Shown piece by piece: positions 1 through 9,481 of a stretch of 64,000 bases of DNA; positions within the stretch are counted from its first letter, which is position 1; the number at the start of each line of letters is the position of its first letter. The stretch lies in contig JBBIGR010000017.1 in the NCBI GenBank assembly GCA_037447435.1, forward strand, positions 1-64,000. The letters run 5' to 3'. The position numbers were made by a program, and so were the translations under genes. The notes beneath the pieces are model-generated. The model was given only the letters and a program-made list of their open reading frames with translations, ran no database searches and was not told the DNA's origin. This DNA comes from Fibrobacteria bacterium (lineage in GTDB: Bacteria > Fibrobacterota > Chitinivibrionia > Chitinivibrionales > FEN-1185).

Positions 1-244
1 GTTTGAGATTAATTTAAACTAAAATCGGACATTGACTCAAAAACGCGCCGGTATCAACGTAATGAAAATATCAAATTAATAAATTGTAAGACAATGTATG
101 TGATTAAAAGCGTCGGATGTCCGAGTATATTAATTGCGTTAATTAATATACTCGGATAAAGCGGGCGGATTTGATGGATGGAATTTAGCAGGGAATATTG
201 TAAGAAACGATTGTTTTCCATATTGTAAATTTCAATCGATTCAA

Positions 245-547
245 TCATGCTTGCAATTTTGCGAGAATCTCTTTTGAACTAACGTGATTTGGGCCTTCTT
301 CACCGCCGACCAGCTGATAGAATTCACATTTTAGGCAATTGGGAAGTTTTGACGCAAAAGTGCCTTGAATTTTTCCGCCGCACAAAGTTCCGGCAATAGC
401 CCAGCATGCGCGTCCGCCGTTTAGGCCGCTATTTAAGCCATTTGCGTTTGTCATCGTACTTGCGCTGCATTCGCCCAATTCGGCAACCTTGGAACCGCCT
501 TTTTCTCTTCCGCATTTTTTAAATTCCCAGCAATTCATGGCACACAT
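245..547 (-). CDS. Standalone two-CW domain protein (Cys-rich, putative redox/metal sensor)
   Basis: NCWEFKKCGRE...CWAIAGTLCGG...CLKCEFY motif; start moved to ATG 547, which follows a GAGG RBS. Confidence 0.75.
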   Translation of the reverse strand: MCAMNCWEFKKCGREKGGSKVAELGECSASTMTNANGLNSGLNGGRACWAIAGTLCGGKIQGTFASKLPNCLKCEFYQLVGGEEGPNHVSSKEILAKLQA

Positions 548-693
548 GGATGCCTCTTTCTTAAAAAGATTTAATTGAAAGCCAAAAAATTTTTTGTATA
601 TCAAATAGTATATCAAAAAAAGTATGGAAATTCAATCGTATTGTAATAAATATGTAATAATGGTTGAAAATTTCGGGGAATCAGACGATTAAT

Positions 694-803
694 CGTAGAG
701 ACGCCCAATTTGGGCGTCTGGGAAATGCGGCAATTTCGGGTATCATACAATTAATTGTAGAGACGCCCAAATTGGGCGTCTCTACAATACGGGCGTCTCT
801 ACG
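694..803. repeat. Cluster of GTAG-type REP-like palindromes (2 copies plus a half copy)
   Basis: GTAGAGACGCCCAATTTGGGCGTCT at 695-719; perfect 17-bp-arm palindrome ATTGTAGAGACGCCCAA-A-TTGGGCGTCTCTACAAT at 754-788; half copy GGGCGTCTCTACG at 791-803. Confidence 0.8.
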
Positions 804-806
804 GGA

Positions 807-1673
807 TTATAACCAGAACGAACAAATTCCTATTTTCGCGCTAACGTACAAATTGTAAACCGAATATTGAACGGTATTGTACGATGCGGGGGCGAATGTT
901 GCATTGACTTCATGAACGCCAGGCCTAATTCCCATTTCAATGAGCCATCGAAAACCGACAGGTAAATCGAGGGTCGATTCTACGCCGATTCTTCCGCCCA
1001 TACGTTGCAGCATTATTGCGTTTGTGTTGCCTGTAAACGATGATCCGTCGTTTTTTGTCGCCGAATAAGTGCCGTAAGCGGCGTACAGAACATCGGTATA
1101 TATTCTGAATGTTCGGTGAAGCGATGCACCATATTTTTGTCTTATAATTTCTAAACCGGCATAAAGTATTCCGATATCCGTGTTAAGCGTGACATCACCG
1201 TATTTAGTTTTATTTATCGGTCCATCCGGGTCGGGAATCAATGTATCGAGCCGATTGGTTATATCTGGAACATCAAGGGTTTTATATCCTGCATGAACCT
1301 GATAGAAATTCATACGCGAATCTTCCTGATTCCTTTTTTTGAAAAAAATTACTCCACCGCCAAGCTCAGCGCTGCGATAAAAAGTATTAACGCTTTTTCT
1401 GGTGACCGTACGTTTAATTTCGGCTGTTTTATATGCATCCGGAAAGATATCGTTTAATGCCGTTTCGTACATGCCGTCTATAGTGAAAATCCTGTATTTA
1501 TAATGAAGGCCCAAATCGAAATTGACCGATGTAAAACCGGCCGGCCTAAGATTCGGCGCCAATGGGGAAGCAAAAAACATCAATGATTTTTCAGGAATTT
1601 CCTGGGATTTAGTTTGGGAAAAAAGGGAAGTGAAGAAAATACATACAAATATAATGGGAAGGATTGCGTTCAT
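807..1673 (-). CDS. Hypothetical exported protein, possibly outer-membrane beta-barrel
   Basis: 288-aa ORF with signal peptide, alternating beta-strand pattern and aromatic C-terminal strand (AKIGICSFWL). Confidence 0.6.
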   Translation of the reverse strand: MNAILPIIFVCIFFTSLFSQTKSQEIPEKSLMFFASPLAPNLRPAGFTSVNFDLGLHYKYRIFTIDGMYETALNDIFPDAYKTAEIKRTVTRKSVNTFYRSAELGGGVIFFKKRNQEDSRMNFYQVHAGYKTLDVPDITNRLDTLIPDPDGPINKTKYGDVTLNTDIGILYAGLEIIRQKYGASLHRTFRIYTDVLYAAYGTYSATKNDGSSFTGNTNAIMLQRMGGRIGVESTLDLPVGFRWLIEMGIRPGVHEVNATFAPASYNTVQYSVYNLYVSAKIGICSFWL

Positions 1674-1842
1674 TCTTTTGCTCCGGTGTAGAAATTTTGT
1701 TGGTATAATAAAAGTGCAATTGTTCGTATTTCTATGTAAATTTAGTATGATAAGGGCATCTCTAAAATTGCACGAAGTTCAATGAAAATACAATTTTAGA
1801 GTTCCCCTAAAGATAATAACGGAACTTGAATATGACAAAGAA

Positions 1843-2373
1843 ATGAGAAAAAAAATGCTACATTCAACAAAATCGATAATGGTAACACTGCTTATGTCAT
1901 TGATTCTAATGTGCGGCAATTCATCCACTACGAGCAATATGGCAAATACGAATGCAAATGCCTTGGACAAAACCGTTGAAGGAACCTGGCGCTATGCCAT
2001 TCAATTGACTTTAACGGGAAATTATAAGATCGTCATGTCGTACGATAGCAATTATAATTACGCCATCAATGTTAATGTAAATAACACGGACACGATTCAC
2101 AAAGAAATAGGACATTGGCATATTGTTTCGGATACCGTATCGAAAGTCGATACTGTCTGGATGGACCGAATGAGTTGTTACGATAAAGACACCGTTACCA
2201 ACACCTTAAAACTTGTGGATTGCGGAAATCCGCGGGGCGGCATCAAAATCGACATTCAAACCGGCACGCCGGCGACTTGGAAAATCCGTCTGAACGATTT
2301 CGTCCAATATATGCCCGCCGGATTGATTCCGCCGGGTTTCCCTTTGCCCAACGCGGTATTTACAAAGGATTGA
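1843..2373 (+). CDS. Hypothetical lipoprotein (beta-rich)
   Basis: Hydrophobic stretch ending LILMC followed by a Ser/Thr linker; VEGTWRY motif. Confidence 0.55.
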   Translation: MRKKMLHSTKSIMVTLLMSLILMCGNSSTTSNMANTNANALDKTVEGTWRYAIQLTLTGNYKIVMSYDSNYNYAINVNVNNTDTIHKEIGHWHIVSDTVSKVDTVWMDRMSCYDKDTVTNTLKLVDCGNPRGGIKIDIQTGTPATWKIRLNDFVQYMPAGLIPPGFPLPNAVFTKD

Positions 2374-4491
2374 TTAAAATTTAAAACCGATCCGCGCCTC
2401 GATGAATCGTTTTGGGGAATACGTTCCTGCAACTTCGGCAATGTCGGCATCGAAGAGGTTCATCGCATCGATACCGAGCCAGACAAAATCATCGTACATG
2501 ATTTTCACGCTCAAATCGGTCCGCAAATACGAGGGCAAAGACGACATGCTCGGCTTTAATTCGGTAGGATGTTCCGGCACGACTAAATTGGAATCCAGCA
2601 GAGTTTTTTGCCAATCCAAATAATCCCGCGTATCGGTAAATTGTTCCAATACCGATCCGTATAATCCGATTCCGTTTATTTTTTTATCGAAATACACACC
2701 GAAATTGCACGAATGACGGGGAATATATTCCAATCGCGTATGCATGTCCATATCTTCGGATTCCGTATACGTATAATTCGCGAACAAGTTTGCAAATGCA
2801 AATATCCGGTATTCGATTGAATTTTCCAGCCCGTACGACCGGGCTTTATCGATGTTTTTATGGCTCAAAGTCGCATTTTGCAATACATCCATATAATTCC
2901 CGTTGACGATCTTTTGCACGATCAAATGGTCCATTGCATTGTAAAAGCCGGACACTTTGAGCGACAGTTGTTTTGTAAATTCGAATTCGGGTCCTGCATC
3001 CAATGCCCAGATATATTCGGGTTGCAATGCGGGATTTGCTTGCAATGTCGTACTGGTATTGATCGGCATATCGGGCAAGTACAATTCCCCAAGCGACGGA
3101 CTGCGAAACCCGCGGCCGAAAGAAACCTTGTACCTGATATCGCTTGTTTGTTTGTAAACCAAACCCAAACGGGGACTAAGCACCGCATTGAATATTGAAT
3201 TGTCATCGATTCTGATTCCCGCGACGCAGACCAATTTTTCCCCGATTTTCATTTCATCCTGTACGTAAAGCCCGGCGTTATTCATCGCCTCGGTATCGCC
3301 ATAGGCGTTTTTGAGCAAATCGTGTCGAACTTCGTCGAACCGGGGACCAAAATCGATTGAATTGTATAAAAAATCCATACCGCAGGTGAGGGAATTAAAA
3401 TCTCCGATTTTTATTGATGTTTGGTAATCGATTTGAAAATCGTTTGACTGGGATTTCCAAACGCTTCCAACCGTATCGTGCAGACTGTCGGCACGTATTC
3501 CCTGATCGTAAAAAGTGCCATTGACATTGCGATAAAACCCCGAAAGTTTCATGTCGAATCCCGGGGAGATGTTCAGTTTTAAGACCGGCCCCAGTAAAAG
3601 TTTTTGTCCCAATACCGAAATATCGGTTTGCGGATGCCCATATTCGGTTTTGCCGAAACCCAGATCGCTTTCGAAATAGCGGGCGTTTATTGTCAGTAAA
3701 ATCCTGCTCGAAAGCGCATAATTGAATTTACCCAGGAACCTTTTATCGTAATAGCCGTAATTGTCGGCCGGGGTTTTTCGGTCGTAGGTCGAAATATGGT
3801 CAATCGAATCCCTGAGATAATAATTATCGATACCGCGAAGGCCCGCATCGACAAGATAGGAAAACCTTCCCAAAGAACCGCTTGCGTTTCCGCCCACGTC
3901 ATAGAATCCGGAAAATCCGCCGCCGTAAATCTCGGCATGCGTATCTTTTTTCGGGGATTTCGTTATGATATTTATGACGCCGCCAAAGGCGTTGGGGCCG
4001 TATAAATTGGAAAACGGGCCGCTGACGATTTCGATTCTTTCGATGGACTCCATGGGAACTTCGTTGACAATTAAAAAAGGCGTGCCCGCGACATTCGTCG
4101 GAATTCCGTCGACGAGTATGAGCGTTCTAGTGGCTGCAGTGGCGCTGGGAACGCCGCGAATATTTATTTCCTGCGGAACGCCTTCGCCCATGCCGACCGA
4201 TCGCTTCATGACTATTCCGGATTCGAATTGCAAAAGGTCGCCGACATTCAATGCAGCCGAGGACGCGATTTGTTGTTTGGAAATTACCGAAATAGGGGAA
4301 GGATTATCTTTTATTGTCCGCGCCGTTCTGGTCCCGGTGACCACAAGCCTGTCGATTTTCGCATTTGTGTCTGCAGGCGACGGCGCTATTTGGTTTATTT
4401 GCAGCGGTTTCACCGTATCGGTTTGTGAAAAGCAAAGCGACACGACGGATAAAAATAAAAAAAACATTTTGTTTTTATCGGTAAAAATCAT
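2374..4491 (-). CDS. TonB-dependent receptor (BtuB/CirA-like)
   Basis: TonB box-like VVTGTR; plug motifs INIRG, LILVDG, IERIEIVSGP..LYG..AFGGVINIIT; NPALQPE; C-terminal Phe. Confidence 0.92.
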   Translation of the reverse strand: MIFTDKNKMFFLFLSVVSLCFSQTDTVKPLQINQIAPSPADTNAKIDRLVVTGTRTARTIKDNPSPISVISKQQIASSAALNVGDLLQFESGIVMKRSVGMGEGVPQEINIRGVPSATAATRTLILVDGIPTNVAGTPFLIVNEVPMESIERIEIVSGPFSNLYGPNAFGGVINIITKSPKKDTHAEIYGGGFSGFYDVGGNASGSLGRFSYLVDAGLRGIDNYYLRDSIDHISTYDRKTPADNYGYYDKRFLGKFNYALSSRILLTINARYFESDLGFGKTEYGHPQTDISVLGQKLLLGPVLKLNISPGFDMKLSGFYRNVNGTFYDQGIRADSLHDTVGSVWKSQSNDFQIDYQTSIKIGDFNSLTCGMDFLYNSIDFGPRFDEVRHDLLKNAYGDTEAMNNAGLYVQDEMKIGEKLVCVAGIRIDDNSIFNAVLSPRLGLVYKQTSDIRYKVSFGRGFRSPSLGELYLPDMPINTSTTLQANPALQPEYIWALDAGPEFEFTKQLSLKVSGFYNAMDHLIVQKIVNGNYMDVLQNATLSHKNIDKARSYGLENSIEYRIFAFANLFANYTYTESEDMDMHTRLEYIPRHSCNFGVYFDKKINGIGLYGSVLEQFTDTRDYLDWQKTLLDSNLVVPEHPTELKPSMSSLPSYLRTDLSVKIMYDDFVWLGIDAMNLFDADIAEVAGTYSPKRFIEARIGFKF

Positions 4492-4576
4492 AAAATTAAA
4501 CTACTTAAAATGTTCAATTTGCGCTCACTGAAATTATCTTAATATAGATTCAATCTTCAGGAGATTTATTCAAAAC

Positions 4577-4822
4577 ATGATTACATTATTACTTTTGGCC
4601 GCGTTCGTATTTTTCGGTATCTTCGTTCTGTTTTTGGTATTATCCAAAACAATCAATAATATCATGAATAATACCATAAAACTGCAATATTTATTACAAA
4701 AAGAAATTGATTTTAAGAAAGAAAAGGCGGCCATACAAAAGCTTATGGAAGAACAAAAGGCCGAAGAACAGGCCGCGACCGCGAAGGCCAATTTGGACCT
4801 ATTAAAGCCGATGAAGCCGTGA
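4577..4822 (+). CDS. Small single-TM coiled-coil protein
   Basis: N-terminal TM helix followed by a charged helical tail; GGAG upstream; co-oriented with gmk. Confidence 0.6.
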   Translation: MITLLLLAAFVFFGIFVLFLVLSKTINNIMNNTIKLQYLLQKEIDFKKEKAAIQKLMEEQKAEEQAATAKANLDLLKPMKP

Positions 4823-4858
4823 TAAAAGTGTCGAATTTAACGGTAACGTAGGAAAAAC

Positions 4859-5440
4859 ATGAGTAAAAAAGGAAAAATTTTCGTTTTCTCCGCAGCATCC
4901 GGGGCCGGCAAAACCACTTTGTTGGATTTTTTAAAAGTAAATGTTCCGGACCTGGTTTATTCGATATCGGCAACCACCCGTACGCCCCGTTCCCATGAAA
5001 AAAACGGCGTCCATTATTTTTTCATGAACGAGGGAGAATTCAAACAACGGATAAATAAAAACGAATTTGCGGAATGGGCCATAGTCCATAATCATTATTA
5101 CGGTACGCCGAAGCATTTTATAGACGATACGATTAATGCGGGCAAGCATATCATTATGGATATCGATGTTTTCGGAAAGAAAAAATTCGATTCGGTGTAT
5201 CCCGATTCCGTCGGCGTTCTTTTGCTTCCGCCGTCGCTTACAATACTGCGGCAAAGACTTGAAGACCGGAAAACCGATTCGCAGGACGTGATCGATCTTC
5301 GAATCGCCAATGCCGAAAAAGAAATGGCTTTTGCAAAAGAACAAGGCAAATACGAATATACCGTGGTCAACGACAATCTTGAAAAAGCAAAAGCGGATGT
5401 CGTTGCTTTAGTGAAAAAAGAAATCCAAGCAATACGTTGA
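4859..5440 (+). CDS. gmk: Guanylate kinase
   Basis: SAASGAGKTT P-loop, SISATTR, YYGTP. Confidence 0.96.
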   Translation: MSKKGKIFVFSAASGAGKTTLLDFLKVNVPDLVYSISATTRTPRSHEKNGVHYFFMNEGEFKQRINKNEFAEWAIVHNHYYGTPKHFIDDTINAGKHIIMDIDVFGKKKFDSVYPDSVGVLLLPPSLTILRQRLEDRKTDSQDVIDLRIANAEKEMAFAKEQGKYEYTVVNDNLEKAKADVVALVKKEIQAIR

Positions 5441-7620
5441 CAATGCAAGAATCAACTTCATTTTCAAACGGTTTTTCTTTTCCCCGCTCAATCGATAAAA
5501 TCATTTTAGGCCGCGACCCGTCGTGCAATATCCCTTTAAAGGGAATCGGCGTTTCGCGTTTTCACGCCTGTGTCGACTGCAGTTCGAGCACCGTTTGGAT
5601 AGAAGACTGCAACAGCACGTTCGGCACGAGGATAGACGATATCCCGGTTAAAAAATCCCCTTTGCACAATAACGCGGTCATCACCACGGGCGTTGCCAAA
5701 TTCAAAGTATCTATTACCGATAACACCGTGTCGTTTTTTCCGGTACATGAGTTGGTGCAAGACAATAATAAGGAAGTCGCTGTGGAACCCGGAAAGGTTT
5801 TCACCATAGGACGGGATCCCTCAAATACGATTTGTTTGCCCCATCCGCTCGTTTCGCGGTTTCATGCAACGGTTAAAAAACTTGCGGATCAAAAGCTGCA
5901 TATCGAAGACTGCAAAAGCACGAATGCGACATTCGTAAACGGAAAGCCAACGCACGGCGCTATTTTGAACGAAGGCGACATCATTCAAATCGGGTCGTTT
6001 CGGTTTTTCGTTTCCAATCAAACGTTGCAGCAGGCCCAGGATTTTAACCGGATAAAAATCGAGGCGTTCAATTTGTGCGTTCGAAGGGGAAGAAGCCGAT
6101 TAATCAACCAGATTTCCCTTTCGATAGAACCCGGCGAATTCGTCGCCATATTGGGGCCTTCGGGAGCGGGAAAATCGACGCTTGCGCACGCACTTACGGG
6201 GCAAACGTCGCTGGAATCGGGAAACGTGTTTTACAACGGACTTCCCATGCGCACATTTTGTTCCGCATTTAATTCGGCCATAGGTTTCGTATCGCAGCAA
6301 AATCTATTACGGACCGAATTGACGGTTGAAGAAACGTTTACCGAGCAAAGTATTTTGCGTTTGCCCAAAGACAGTTTGCTTGCCGAACATCGGGAACGAA
6401 TTCATGAAGTCATGACATTGCTGGATCTGACGAACCTCAAAAAACGCAGGATAAGCCATCTTTCGGGCGGCGAGGCAAAACGGGTGCATTTCGGCATCGA
6501 ACTGCTTTCTTCACCAACAATAATATTTCTCGACGAACCACTTGCGGGCCTCGACCCGGGACTGACATTCAAATTCATGGAATTGTTCAGGGCGATTTGC
6601 GATAAAGGCCATACTATTTTGCTCACGACGCATACGCTCGAACAAATCGATTTGTGCAACAAAATATTTTTCGTGTCGTCGGGACAACTTGTTTTTTCCG
6701 GCTCGCCGCAGGAAATACGGAATGTCGTAGGGTCGTCGAACCTTTCGGACGTGTATGAAAAAGCCAGGGCCTTAAAAATCGATACTGCGGCCAACAATGT
6801 TTCCGTCCCGGCAAAAGGCCCAAAAAGCAAAGACGCGAATAAACATGCGTTTGCCGCGCATGTCAAGCTGTATAAGCCCAAAACGATTTCATTCTTCAAA
6901 CAATCGGTATTGCTGACAAACAGGTATGTAAAGGTTTGCGTACGCGATATCCGCACTTTGTTCCTCATGTTATTGCAAGCGCCGCTCATCGCGCTGCTTT
7001 TGGCCTTCGTTTTCGAGCCCACGTCAACGTTTTTACCGCTGACGTTTTTCTTTTGCATTTCCATTTCGGTCATTTGGATGGGAGGCATGAATTCGGTGCG
7101 GGAAATCAGCAGGGAATGGGCGCTTGTTGAAAGAGAATTTCGGATCGGGCTTTCCGCGTCGGCATATTTACTGGCAAAGTTTTTGGTGTTTTGCGCGGTA
7201 AGCGTATTGCAGGCGTTATTGTTTACGCTCTGCCTTCATTTACTTTTTGCAACGAGTTTCGCGTTTTCAATTGCAAACATTTCCCTTTTATGCTCGGCGT
7301 GCGCGTGCGGATCGATTTTAGGCTTATGCGTAAGCGGATTTTCAAAAAATGTCAATATGGCGATCAGCTTTTTGCCGATTATTTTTATTCCGCAGATATT
7401 TTTTTCAGGCATTTTAATGCCCTTCGACGAAATGCCCTGGCTGGGGCAAATGTTATCCCATCTCACCATAAGCCGTCCTGTTTTTTCAATGTTTAAAAAA
7501 ATGAGCTTTTTCGATCAAAATCTGTTTCAAATGCAGGATTGGATCGGCTTAGCACTTCTGACCGTAGGATTAATTATTTTACTTTTCAGCGCAGTTTATA
7601 ATAGAAGATTTTTCAGATAA
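5437..7620 (+). CDS. FHA-FHA-ABC ATPase-ABC2 permease fusion (Rv1747-like exporter)
   Basis: Two FHA domains (GRD...VSRFHA...ST), Walker A GPSGAGKS, LSGGE, LDEP, about six C-terminal TM helices. Confidence 0.9.
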   Translation: MTMQESTSFSNGFSFPRSIDKIILGRDPSCNIPLKGIGVSRFHACVDCSSSTVWIEDCNSTFGTRIDDIPVKKSPLHNNAVITTGVAKFKVSITDNTVSFFPVHELVQDNNKEVAVEPGKVFTIGRDPSNTICLPHPLVSRFHATVKKLADQKLHIEDCKSTNATFVNGKPTHGAILNEGDIIQIGSFRFFVSNQTLQQAQDFNRIKIEAFNLCVRRGRSRLINQISLSIEPGEFVAILGPSGAGKSTLAHALTGQTSLESGNVFYNGLPMRTFCSAFNSAIGFVSQQNLLRTELTVEETFTEQSILRLPKDSLLAEHRERIHEVMTLLDLTNLKKRRISHLSGGEAKRVHFGIELLSSPTIIFLDEPLAGLDPGLTFKFMELFRAICDKGHTILLTTHTLEQIDLCNKIFFVSSGQLVFSGSPQEIRNVVGSSNLSDVYEKARALKIDTAANNVSVPAKGPKSKDANKHAFAAHVKLYKPKTISFFKQSVLLTNRYVKVCVRDIRTLFLMLLQAPLIALLLAFVFEPTSTFLPLTFFFCISISVIWMGGMNSVREISREWALVEREFRIGLSASAYLLAKFLVFCAVSVLQALLFTLCLHLLFATSFAFSIANISLLCSACACGSILGLCVSGFSKNVNMAISFLPIIFIPQIFFSGILMPFDEMPWLGQMLSHLTISRPVFSMFKKMSFFDQNLFQMQDWIGLALLTVGLIILLFSAVYNRRFFR

Positions 7621-7634
7621 AAAGGCAATCTCAT

Positions 7635-8732
7635 ATGTCCGAACCCGAAAATGAAGCCCCGTATCTTCCCGAATATATCGGTAAATACAAAATTCTGCAA
7701 ATTGTCGGTATGGGAGGAATGGGTGTTATCTATAAAGCGGTTCAAGAGCCGCTCAACCGGATCGTTGCGTTAAAAGTCCTGCCGCCGCAAATGAATAATG
7801 AAGAATTGTCGCAGCGTTTCGAAATAGAAGCAAAAGCGATTTCGATGTTGCAGCATCAGAACATCGTCAGCATTTACGAATACGGTGCGGACAAAGGCTA
7901 TCGTTTTTTTGCAATGCAATTCATTGACGGCGAAAACCTGTCTACGCGAATTCAGCGTAAAAAAGTCATGCCCATTACCGAAATAATAGACATTGCCAAG
8001 CAAATGTGCCGTGGACTTCGGTATGCGCATACGCAAAACGTCATTCATCGGGACATTAAATCGCAGAACGTTTTGATCGACAAGGAAAATGTCGCGCGAT
8101 TATCGGATTTCGGCATTGCGAAAATATTTTCGTCCGCTCATTTGACCTTGACCGGCGTAACTGTCGGAACCCCGGAATATATGTCTCCTGAACAGGCCGA
8201 AGGTGTGGAAGTCGACATCAAAACCGATATTTATTCGCTCGGCGTCGTGATTTACGAAATGCTGACGAAACGGCCGCCGTTTCTTGCAAATAATCCGATT
8301 GCCGTGGCGTATAAACACGTTCATGAAATACCGATTCCTCCGTCCGTTAAGCGTCGCGATACTCCGAAACGACTTGAACTCATTGTGCTTAAGGCATTGA
8401 AAAAAGACAAGAAAGATCGATACGACTCTATCGAGGAAATGCTCGATCATCTTGATACGGTCGATATCGACGAGCTGGTCGACAAAACCACGGTTTCCTT
8501 TGCGGTTCAAAAGAATTTGCATAATGATACGGAAAAAGCCGGTAACGAAATTGCAGACAAGCGGATAACCGACCGAAGAAGCGGTCAACGGCGAGGTTTT
8601 GGCCCGACACCGGGGAAATTCTTTTTATTTGACGGGAAATTTTGGCTTGGCGTTGTAAAAGACCAGTGGCTTTCCATTGTCTTTTTTGTCATTCTCCTTG
8701 TTCTGTTTTGCATACATTTGTCCCAGAAATAA
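7635..8732 (+). CDS. Hanks-type Ser/Thr protein kinase with C-terminal TM helix
   Basis: GMGGMG, VALK, HRDIKSQN, DFG, GTPEYMSPE. Confidence 0.95.
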   Translation: MSEPENEAPYLPEYIGKYKILQIVGMGGMGVIYKAVQEPLNRIVALKVLPPQMNNEELSQRFEIEAKAISMLQHQNIVSIYEYGADKGYRFFAMQFIDGENLSTRIQRKKVMPITEIIDIAKQMCRGLRYAHTQNVIHRDIKSQNVLIDKENVARLSDFGIAKIFSSAHLTLTGVTVGTPEYMSPEQAEGVEVDIKTDIYSLGVVIYEMLTKRPPFLANNPIAVAYKHVHEIPIPPSVKRRDTPKRLELIVLKALKKDKKDRYDSIEEMLDHLDTVDIDELVDKTTVSFAVQKNLHNDTEKAGNEIADKRITDRRSGQRRGFGPTPGKFFLFDGKFWLGVVKDQWLSIVFFVILLVLFCIHLSQK

Positions 8733-8737
8733 CTAAA

Positions 8738-9106
8738 ATGGAACCCTCGTTTTCTTTTGAAAATACCCGTGAAAAAGGGTATGACGGGGAAGATGCGGCT
8801 GCCGAATATTTATTGGCAAACGGATATTCCATTATTTCGCGGAATTATCAGGCAAAAAGGGGAGAAATCGATTGCATCGCAAAAGATCCGAACGGTACGT
8901 TGGTTTTTTGCGAAGTTAAATCCGCACGATCCCTGCAATACGGACATCCGGCATTCTGGGTAACAAACGATAAAAAACGGAAAATCATTCGCATGGCCCA
9001 GAGATATCTGGTGGAGCATAAATACACAGGGCGACCATGCCGATTCGATGTCATCACTATTGTTATGGGAAAAATCGAACACATTAAAAACGCCTTTTTA
9101 TCGTAG
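8738..9106 (+). CDS. yraN: YraN/UPF0102 family putative endonuclease
   Basis: GEDAAAEYL, RNY...GEIDCIA, FCEVKS, CRFDVI. Confidence 0.9.
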   Translation: MEPSFSFENTREKGYDGEDAAAEYLLANGYSIISRNYQAKRGEIDCIAKDPNGTLVFCEVKSARSLQYGHPAFWVTNDKKRKIIRMAQRYLVEHKYTGRPCRFDVITIVMGKIEHIKNAFLS

Positions 9107-9274
9107 ACACCGATTCTTTGTCGTCTTTGGGCGTTAAAAAAAGCTTGTTGTTTTTCGGATCGCATATTAATTTTTGCAACACAGTTCTTAATAACCCCGC
9201 GCTTCGCAGCGGGATAAGTTGTAGCTGTGATTTTATCTACGCTTTCCGCGTAGATAATTTATATATAATTACTT

Positions 9275-9430
9275 AATATTCAGGTGCCAAGGGAATCCCG
9301 TGAAATCCGGGAGCGGACCCGCCACTGTAACCCCTGCGATGTAAAAAATCGCGAGTTTAATTTGCCACTGTACCTTTTTTGGGGTATGGGAAGGCCAAAA
9401 AGGGAAGCCAGGAGACCTACCTGAATAATG
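9275..9430 (+). ncRNA. Cobalamin (B12) riboswitch
   Basis: AGGTGCC..AGGGAATCCCGTGAAATCCGGGAGCGGACCCGCCACTGT, second GCCACTG...GGGAAGGC, B12 box AGCCAGGAGACCT; directly upstream of btuF. Confidence 0.95.
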
Positions 9431-9481
9431 TTTATTTTATCCAAATGATCCTCGAGGCATGGGATCGATGGAGTTTCGCAC

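Noticed and set aside
694..803. Possible CRISPR array
   Set aside because: Only about 2.5 palindromic copies with irregular spacing and no cas genes; fits REP better
664..858. 64-aa ORF across the REP cluster
   Set aside because: It is a translation of the palindromic repeats (VETPKLGVST) and overlaps the real minus-strand gene
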